A stretch of DNA of 64,000 nucleotides from Lawsonibacter sp. (GTDB taxonomy: Bacteria; Bacillota; Clostridia; Oscillospirales; Oscillospiraceae): the NCBI GenBank assembly GCA_020025455.1, contig JAHHSC010000001.1, forward strand, positions 12,009 through 76,008, given 5' to 3'. The position numbers were made by a program, and so were the translations under genes. Within the stretch, counting starts at the first letter, position 1. The number at the start of each line of letters is the position of its first letter. Below, piece by piece: positions 57,462 to 64,000 of this stretch. The notes under the pieces were generated by a model, which was not told where the DNA came from, made no database searches, and worked only from the letters and a program-made list of their open reading frames with translations.

Positions 57462-57479
57462 ATACCAAACTAAAAAACG

Positions 57480-58892
57480 TCAGCAGGCTTCAAAGACCGC
57501 TTTCATCGCCTTAAAGGTCATGTAGCAGTCCAGCTTGCCCACAGTCTCAAAGGGGGAGTGCATAGACAAAACAGGCACGCCCGCATCCAGGGTGTCGATG
57601 TTGCGCTGAGCCATATAGGCGGCCACGGTGCCGCCGCCGCCCTCGTCCACCTTGCCAAGCTCGGCCATCTGCCAAACCACATTGGCCTGATCCAGGACAC
57701 GGCGGACATAGGCCACCAGCTCGGCAGAGGCATCGGACGCCTCGGACTTGCCCCGTGCCCCGGTGTACTTGCTGAGGCTGACGCCGTAGTTCACAAAGGC
57801 GCTGTTGCGCTTCTCATACACATCGGCAAAGTTGGGATCGAACGCCGCCGTCACATCGGCAGACAGACAAAAGGACTTCTCGTAACAGACCCGGGGCAGT
57901 ACGCCCTGAGACGCACACAGGTCCGCCATAAAGGTATCAAAGGCGGCGGATTTCATTCCGCTGACGCCCTCAGAGCCGATTTCCTCCTTGTCGGCCAGCA
58001 TACAAATCGCCGTGCGCTCAGGCACCTGCAGCTGAAGCAGCGCAGCCAGAGCCGCATAGCCACATACACGGTCATCGTGGCCATAGGAACCGATCATGGA
58101 GCGGTCAAACCCTATATCGCTGGCGCGGAACGCGGGGACCGCGCTGAGTTCGGCGGAGATAAAGTCCTCCTCTACGATACCGTACTTGCGGTTGAGCAGT
58201 TCCAGCACCGCGATTTTAACCCGATCGCTGCCCTCATCATCGGCCAGAGGGCGGCTGCCCACCAGAATGTTCAAGCTCTCACCGGGAATGGCTTCACTGA
58301 GGGGGTTCTTGGACTGCTTCATACCCAGGTGCGGCAGCAGATCGTCGATCGTAAAGAGAGGGTCCCCCTCCCCGTTGCCCACGGACACCCGAATCACCTC
58401 TCCGCTCTTCAGTGCCACCACACCGTGGAGCTCAAGGGGGATCGTCACCCACTGGTACTTCCGCAGACCACCATAGTAGTGGGTCTTGAGGAAGGCCATT
58501 TCATCCTCCTCATAGAGGGGGGTGGGCTTCAAATCAAGACGGGGCGAGTCGATATGGGCAGCCCCGATATTCACGCCCTCCGCCATACTCTGTCTGCCAA
58601 TGACAGCCAGCATAATGGCCTTTCCGCGATTGGAACAGTAGACCTTATCCCCGGCCTTCAGCTCCATGCCCCGCTCATAGCGGCGGAAACCTGCGTTCTC
58701 AGCCATGGCAATCGCGCGGTCCACACACTCTCGCTCAGTCTTGCCTGCATCCAAGAACTGCTTATAGCCCGCACAGTAAGCCTCCATAGCCTCCAGTTCG
58801 CCGGGAATCAGACGGTCATAACCGTTCTTTTTGGTATAACATAAGGCCTTCCGCAGCTGCTCACCGCGGGTCAGATTTTTGTTCTCTTCCAT
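57480..58892 (-). CDS. M18 family aminopeptidase
   Basis: AHIDSPRLDLK, THYYGG, GHDDR, DKEEIGS, SADV, SMHSP. Confidence 0.92.
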   Translation of the reverse strand: MEENKNLTRGEQLRKALCYTKKNGYDRLIPGELEAMEAYCAGYKQFLDAGKTERECVDRAIAMAENAGFRRYERGMELKAGDKVYCSNRGKAIMLAVIGRQSMAEGVNIGAAHIDSPRLDLKPTPLYEEDEMAFLKTHYYGGLRKYQWVTIPLELHGVVALKSGEVIRVSVGNGEGDPLFTIDDLLPHLGMKQSKNPLSEAIPGESLNILVGSRPLADDEGSDRVKIAVLELLNRKYGIVEEDFISAELSAVPAFRASDIGFDRSMIGSYGHDDRVCGYAALAALLQLQVPERTAICMLADKEEIGSEGVSGMKSAAFDTFMADLCASQGVLPRVCYEKSFCLSADVTAAFDPNFADVYEKRNSAFVNYGVSLSKYTGARGKSEASDASAELVAYVRRVLDQANVVWQMAELGKVDEGGGGTVAAYMAQRNIDTLDAGVPVLSMHSPFETVGKLDCYMTFKAMKAVFEAC

Positions 58893-58968
58893 GTGTTTCA
58901 ACCTCCTAAATTCACGTTGTCACAGTCAATCACATCTTGTTTCGTACCAGTGAACACCCTTGGTTTCA

Positions 58969-59604
58969 TTACCGGTCAAATAGAAAGGATTTCACCAGAG
59001 CCAAGGGCTCGCGGACATACATTTTCAGTCGGGACGGCATATGGCTTGTGGGGGCAGCCAGGGTAGAGATTTCATCAAAGCCGGTCCGGTCGGCCAACAT
59101 TCTGGCCCGCGTCAGGTGGAACCCATTGGACACCACCAGCACACCGTCATCCGATTCTAGCCCTTGTTTCTCAAGCAGCTCGTGGGTCCGCCGGAAGTTC
59201 TGCACTGTATTATGCGACTGGTCCTCCACCAGGATCTGCGCTCTGGGAATCCCATTCTCGACCAGATAATCGGCCATGGCGGTCGCCTCTGCCTCCGGTT
59301 CGTCCGGTCCCTGGCCTCCGGACACCACCACGGTCATATCCGGGTGATTTTCCAGGTAGGCCAGCGCCTCGTCCAGACGGTCACGGAGCAGCGTGGATGG
59401 TCCCCACTGCTCCACCTTGCAGCCCAGCACAACCATGATCTTTGGTTCCCCGCTGATATGGTCGTAGGAGCCGCTGAGCACTACGCCCAGCAGCGCGCTG
59501 AAAAGAAGCGCACCCAGCAGCACGAGTATGACGATCCCCTTAGCCAGTCTGGAAAACCGCTTTCCCTTATAGCGATAGACCTCACGCTTCTGTCTCCGGC
59601 TCAC
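58969..59604 (-). CDS. YdcF/DUF218 (SanA/ElyC-like) membrane-anchored protein
   Basis: VVLGC, VSGGQGPDE..EA, EDQSHNTVQN, VSNGFHLTRA, RE motif. Confidence 0.88.
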   Translation of the reverse strand: MSRRQKREVYRYKGKRFSRLAKGIVILVLLGALLFSALLGVVLSGSYDHISGEPKIMVVLGCKVEQWGPSTLLRDRLDEALAYLENHPDMTVVVSGGQGPDEPEAEATAMADYLVENGIPRAQILVEDQSHNTVQNFRRTHELLEKQGLESDDGVLVVSNGFHLTRARMLADRTGFDEISTLAAPTSHMPSRLKMYVREPLALVKSFLFDR

Positions 59605-61496
59605 ATCCGCGCCTCCTCCAGCTCTGCCGCCAACCGCTCCCAAGTGTCGTAGAGCTCCAAAGTCTCGGCCTCCAGCGTCTCCTTCTGCTCATACAGCTCC
59701 TGGAGCTTTACATAATCCGAAGCGGCCGTCTCGATTTGGCGGTTCAACTCCTCCATCCGCTCCTCAGCCTTAGCCACCGCGCGCTCTGCGGCGTTGACCT
59801 CTTTTTCGAGGTTCTTGGTGCCGCCCGCTCGTTTCGGCTTTTCTTTTCTTGGTTTGGGCGGTTCTTTGCCCTGCTGTGCCTGGACCTGCATCTGCTGGCG
59901 CTGTCTGGCAGCCTGGAATTCCCGGTAGGTCCCCTTAAAGTCGGTAATCTGTTGGTTTTCCAACATCCAGATTCGGGTGGCAAACCGATCAATGAAATAT
60001 CGGTCATGGGAGACAAAAAGCAGGTTGCCCTCGTAGGACTCCACTGCCTCCTCAATCCACTCGCGGCTCTGGATATCCAGGTGGTTCGTAGGCTCGTCCA
60101 GCACCAGCAGATTGATTTTTGCATCCATAAGCATACACAGCCGAAGTCTTGACTGCTCGCCGCCGGACAGAGCGGAAACCGGTTTGAACACATCCTCTCC
60201 CCGGAACTTGAACATAGCCAGCCGATTGCGGGCCGTCTGAGCGGTGCAGTCCAGCGCATAGAGCATGGTGTCCAGCAGGGTGCGCTCCGGGTGGTCAAAT
60301 TGCACCAGCTGGGGCAGATAGCCGATCTTAACGGTAGGACCGAACTTCAGCTTGCCGCCGTCGGCACATTCTTCCCCCAGCAGAATCTTCAGCATGGTGG
60401 ATTTTCCGGTGCCGTTATCGCCCAGCAGAGCGATGCGCTCGCCACCTTCCACCTCCAGGTTTACGTCAGAAAACAGGGTGCGGTCACCGAAGGACTTCTC
60501 CAGATGCTTTACCGTGAGCACCTCGTCACCCCGGAATTCCCGTTCGCCGAACCGAACTTCCATTTTCCGCTCCGCGGTGGGGCGATTCATGGTTTTCATC
60601 CGCTCAATGCGCTTTTCAATGGAGAAGGCCCGCTTGTGGAGCAGTTCCGTGTTGTGCTCGTGCATTTTGCGGACAGTCTCATTAAGGCGGGCGATTTCAG
60701 CCTGCTCCTTTTCATACTGGCGCAGACGCTCCAGGTTCCGCTTCTCTTTCTCTACCGCGTAGAAGCTGTAATTTCCGGAGTAGAATTCCGCCTTGCCGCC
60801 TTCGATTGCCACAATGCGGCTTACTACCTTATCCAGAAAGTAGCGATCGTGGGAGACCGTGAGAACGGTTCCCTTAAACTTTTCCAGATACTCCTCCAGC
60901 CACTCGGTGGCCCGCAGATCCAGATGGTTTGTAGGCTCGTCCAGCAGCAGGATATCCGTGTCCTCCAGAATGAGTCGGCCCAGATTCACGCGGGTCTTTT
61001 CACCGCCGGACAGCAGCTCAAAGGGCTGGCTCCGCATTTCCCGGGAAATGGACAGACCGTTGCAGACCTTGTTCTTCTCGGTTTCGGTCTCGTAGCCGCC
61101 CCCCGCCTGGAAGGCGTTGGTCAGCTTATCGTAGCGGGACATCAATTCCCGGTCGGTCTCCCCTGCCGCCATCCGCTCGGACAGCTGGAGCATCTCCCGC
61201 TCCATCGTATGCAGGGAATGGAACGCCGTGTTCAGTACGTCCTCCACTGTATAGCCCTCTGGGTAGACCGGGATCTGGGAGATCAGGCCCAGACGTTTGC
61301 CTGGGGCGATGGTCACCTCCCCTTCGTCATAGTCCACCACGCCCGTGAGAATACGGAGCAGGGTGGTCTTGCCGCAGCCGTTCGGGCCAAGCAGACCCAC
61401 CCGCTCGCCGGTGTCTACCTGAAAGGTGAGACCGTCCAATATTTTATTGCCAACCTCAAATTCTTTGGAGAGATTGGAAACCGATATGTCGATCAT
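59601..61496 (-). CDS. ABC-F family ATP-binding protein
   Basis: Two NBDs (GPNGCGKTT, GDNGTGKST, LSGGE, LDEPTNHLD), linker and C-terminal coiled coil; no TM segment. Confidence 0.93.
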   Translation of the reverse strand: MIDISVSNLSKEFEVGNKILDGLTFQVDTGERVGLLGPNGCGKTTLLRILTGVVDYDEGEVTIAPGKRLGLISQIPVYPEGYTVEDVLNTAFHSLHTMEREMLQLSERMAAGETDRELMSRYDKLTNAFQAGGGYETETEKNKVCNGLSISREMRSQPFELLSGGEKTRVNLGRLILEDTDILLLDEPTNHLDLRATEWLEEYLEKFKGTVLTVSHDRYFLDKVVSRIVAIEGGKAEFYSGNYSFYAVEKEKRNLERLRQYEKEQAEIARLNETVRKMHEHNTELLHKRAFSIEKRIERMKTMNRPTAERKMEVRFGEREFRGDEVLTVKHLEKSFGDRTLFSDVNLEVEGGERIALLGDNGTGKSTMLKILLGEECADGGKLKFGPTVKIGYLPQLVQFDHPERTLLDTMLYALDCTAQTARNRLAMFKFRGEDVFKPVSALSGGEQSRLRLCMLMDAKINLLVLDEPTNHLDIQSREWIEEAVESYEGNLLFVSHDRYFIDRFATRIWMLENQQITDFKGTYREFQAARQRQQMQVQAQQGKEPPKPRKEKPKRAGGTKNLEKEVNAAERAVAKAEERMEELNRQIETAASDYVKLQELYEQKETLEAETLELYDTWERLAAELEEARM

Positions 61497-61537
61497 AGTG
61501 TCCTCTCTTGTATCATCGCAGGGGCCCGGAAGAAACC

Positions 61538-62932
61538 TTACTTCTCTTCCCGGGTCAATTTCATCAGGTATTCCGTTAATTCCTCCAGCTTCATGCCGCG
61601 AGAGGCTTTGAACAGGAATGCACTGTCCGGTCTGACCACCTGCTCCAGCACTTTCTTTGCTTCAAATTTGTCCTGACAGTAATAGACCTCCGGCACACCG
61701 GAACGCTCGGCACCGTCGGCAATATACCGGGCCATCTCGCCCACCGCGATGACGCAGTTCACCCCGACCGCGCCGAGGAACTCACCCACGCCGGTGTGGA
61801 GGGCCGGTGCGAAGGGCCCAAGCTCCAGCATATCGCCCAGCACGGCCGCCTTCCAGCTCCGGGGACCGCCAGCCAGCACGCTGATGGCAGCCCGCATGGA
61901 CTGTGGATTGGCATTGTACGTGTCATCCAGAATGGTGATCTGGTCGGCGCGGCGCAGGACGTTCATTCGCATCCGGGTGGGCACAAACTGGGTCAGCCCG
62001 TCCTCAATCTCGTCAGGGGTGAGGCCCAGATGCTCGCCTACAGCGGCAGCAATGAGGGTCGGATAGATCATGTGCTCACCCAAAGCAGGGATCTTGACCT
62101 CTCGATTCATCTTTGGGGTGGTCAGCTGGCAGACAATGTGGCTGATCCCGTCACCGCCGGTGAGCTTGGCGCAGTAGTCCATTCCCTCTCCCTCGCCGCA
62201 GAACACGGTGGGCACGGGAGTCTTGCCGCGCAGGGTGCTCAGCATGGCATCATCGCCGTTGAGCACCAGCAGACCGTCTTTCTTGATATGGGGCAGCATC
62301 TCGCACTTGGCCTTAAAGATGTTCTCTCGGCTGCCCAGCCGCTCGATGTGGGCATCCCCGATATTGGTGATGACGCCGATATCGGGCTGGACCGCTCCGG
62401 CCAGGTAGTCGATCTCCCCGAACTGATCCATGCCCATCTCCAGCACGCAGGCCTGGTGTTCCTTTGTCAGCCGCAGCAGAGTCAGGGGCATTCCAATGTT
62501 GTTATTAAAGTTCCCCTCCGTCTTTAGGACCTTGTACTTTACACTCAGCACAGAGGCGATCATGTCCTTAGCAGTGGTCTTGCCCACACTGCCGGTCACG
62601 CCGATAAAGGGGATGGAAAACCGATTTTTATACCACACGGCCAAGTCACGCAGCGCCAGCTCCGTGTCGGCTACCTGCACATAGAACTTGTCGGGGCGGT
62701 AATCGGTCTGCTCTCTGGCCGTAAGGCAGCCCGCTGCGCCGCCGGACAGAGCCTTGTCCAGATAGGTATGACCGTCAAAACGCTCACCCACCAGGGGAAT
62801 AAAGAGCTCCCCGGGCTGAACCGTCCGGGAGTCGGTGCTCACCTGACTGATGGGGGTATCGAACTTGTCGTAGTTCCCCAAAAGGGTACCGTGTACGGCC
62901 TCGATAAGCTGGCTAAGGGTGATCTGTTCCAT
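61538..62932 (-). CDS. murF: UDP-N-acetylmuramoyl-tripeptide--D-Ala-D-Ala ligase
   Basis: TDSR, GERFDGH, TGSVGKTT, NFNNNIG, DTYNANPQSM, LGDMLELG, KASRG. Confidence 0.97.
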   Translation of the reverse strand: MEQITLSQLIEAVHGTLLGNYDKFDTPISQVSTDSRTVQPGELFIPLVGERFDGHTYLDKALSGGAAGCLTAREQTDYRPDKFYVQVADTELALRDLAVWYKNRFSIPFIGVTGSVGKTTAKDMIASVLSVKYKVLKTEGNFNNNIGMPLTLLRLTKEHQACVLEMGMDQFGEIDYLAGAVQPDIGVITNIGDAHIERLGSRENIFKAKCEMLPHIKKDGLLVLNGDDAMLSTLRGKTPVPTVFCGEGEGMDYCAKLTGGDGISHIVCQLTTPKMNREVKIPALGEHMIYPTLIAAAVGEHLGLTPDEIEDGLTQFVPTRMRMNVLRRADQITILDDTYNANPQSMRAAISVLAGGPRSWKAAVLGDMLELGPFAPALHTGVGEFLGAVGVNCVIAVGEMARYIADGAERSGVPEVYYCQDKFEAKKVLEQVVRPDSAFLFKASRGMKLEELTEYLMKLTREEK

Positions 62933-62934
62933 AG

Positions 62935-63981
62935 TTACAGTCCTTTCCGTCTGGCCTCTAGGGACTTTTCAATGATGGTCTCGCACAGCGTGGGGTAGTC
63001 AATGCCAGCGGCGGCGGCCTCCTGAGGCACCAGACTGGTGGGCGTCATGCCAGGCAGGGTGTTAATCTCCAGAAAATAAGGCGTTCCGTCCTCGGTGACG
63101 ATAAAGTCAGCGCGGGAATAGACCGCCAGGCCCACCGTATCAAATACGGTCAGGGCAGCCTGCGCAATCTTCTCGGACCACTCCACGGGGATTTCAGCCG
63201 GGCACACCTCCACAGCGGCACCGGGCTGGTATTTGTTCTCGTAGTCGTAGAAGCCCTGCTTGGGGATGATCTCGATGGCGGGCAGAGCCTTCCCATCCAG
63301 GATCGCCACCTGGATCTCGCGGCCCCGGACATACTGCTCCAGCACGGTGCGGCCGCCCAGCTTCAGGTTTGCGCGAAGGGCGTCTTCCAGCTCTGCGCGG
63401 GTATCTGCGATATACACTCCAATGGATGAGCCGCTGTCCAGCGGCTTTACCACCACAGGCAGCTTGGTACGCTCCGTCAGCTCACCGATGTTCTCCTCGG
63501 TGATTGTTACCGTCTCCCAGCTTGGCGTGGTCACCTTTCCGGCCACCAGCCGCTTGGTCAGATCTTTGTCCATTGCAATAGCGGAGCTCAGGCAGTTGGA
63601 ACCGGTATAGGGCACGCCCAGCAGATCCAGGGCAGCCTGAATCTTACCGTCCTCCCCGCAGGCACCGTGAAGGGCCAGATAGACCGCATCCACCTGGGCA
63701 CACAGGTCCAGCACACCGGGGCCGATGGCGGACGGACTCTTGTCCGCTCGGCTTGCCCGGATTTTCTTCAGATCAGGGGCCTCACGGGACACCCGCTTAA
63801 AGGAGTCCGGAATGGGAGCGTTGTAGAGGTCCTCCCCCTCCCTGCCCTCCAGACCGAAAAACATATCCACCAGAGCAACCTGGTGACCACGGTCACGGAG
63901 GGCCTGGCACACCATGGAGCCAGAGGACAGGGACACATTGCGTTCAGGGCTCAGACCGCCCGCTAAAACTAGGAGCTTCAT
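62935..63981 (-). CDS. ddl: D-alanine--D-alanine ligase
   Basis: GGLSPERNVSLSS, LHGACGEDG, GSSIG, FYDYENKY, EINTLPGMT. Confidence 0.96.
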   Translation of the reverse strand: MKLLVLAGGLSPERNVSLSSGSMVCQALRDRGHQVALVDMFFGLEGREGEDLYNAPIPDSFKRVSREAPDLKKIRASRADKSPSAIGPGVLDLCAQVDAVYLALHGACGEDGKIQAALDLLGVPYTGSNCLSSAIAMDKDLTKRLVAGKVTTPSWETVTITEENIGELTERTKLPVVVKPLDSGSSIGVYIADTRAELEDALRANLKLGGRTVLEQYVRGREIQVAILDGKALPAIEIIPKQGFYDYENKYQPGAAVEVCPAEIPVEWSEKIAQAALTVFDTVGLAVYSRADFIVTEDGTPYFLEINTLPGMTPTSLVPQEAAAAGIDYPTLCETIIEKSLEARRKGL

Positions 63982-64000
63982 ATTCAACACCTCATCTGGG

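Noticed and set aside
59601..61496. ABC-F as an antibiotic-resistance (ARE) gene
   Set aside because: Embedded in the ddl-murF operon with host-like codon usage, no attenuator leader and no mobile context; looks like a housekeeping ABC-F.
62935..63981. ddl as a Van-type D-Ala-D-Lac ligase
   Set aside because: The FYDYENKY loop is of the D-Ala-D-Ala type and no van genes are visible.
1..64000. CRISPR arrays, IS elements, prophage, tRNA/rRNA, selenocysteine read-through
   Set aside because: No regularly spaced repeats, transposase/integrase motifs, cloverleaf sequences or TGA-interrupted genes found by eye.

Overview
Core-genome segment of a spore-forming Firmicute (Clostridia; the protein set and moderately high GC suggest Oscillospiraceae, which is an inference). 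About 63 CDS, nearly all on the minus strand. It holds: MEP/undecaprenyl genes (ispD, ispF, ispH-rpsA fusion, ispG, dxr, uppS, uppP); the scpAB-ytfIJ-dac-rluB block; tig-clpP-clpX-lon-yihA; rplS-ylqF-rnhB-yraN; ruvCAB; pyrH-frr-uppS-cdsA-dxr-rseP-ispG-polC; sporulation genes (spoIVA, sigG, sigH-like, tepA, gerW); ftsK; murF and ddl. Non-coding elements are an FMN riboswitch before ribU, an L19 leader, a LexA box, many sigma-A and sporulation-type promoters and terminators, and a probable 6S RNA. I found no mobile element, prophage, CRISPR array, tRNA or rRNA, and no clear novel multi-gene system. The best leads are dual-use sequences: (1) a 6S-like RNA whose 5' arm is the last ~19 codons of yihA; (2) a strong internal ribosome-binding site at the IspH/S1 junction; (3) an unassigned structured leader on thrC; (4) an RBS-occluding inverted repeat on a sigG gene that is not next to sigE. 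All calls were made by eye, with no database searches.
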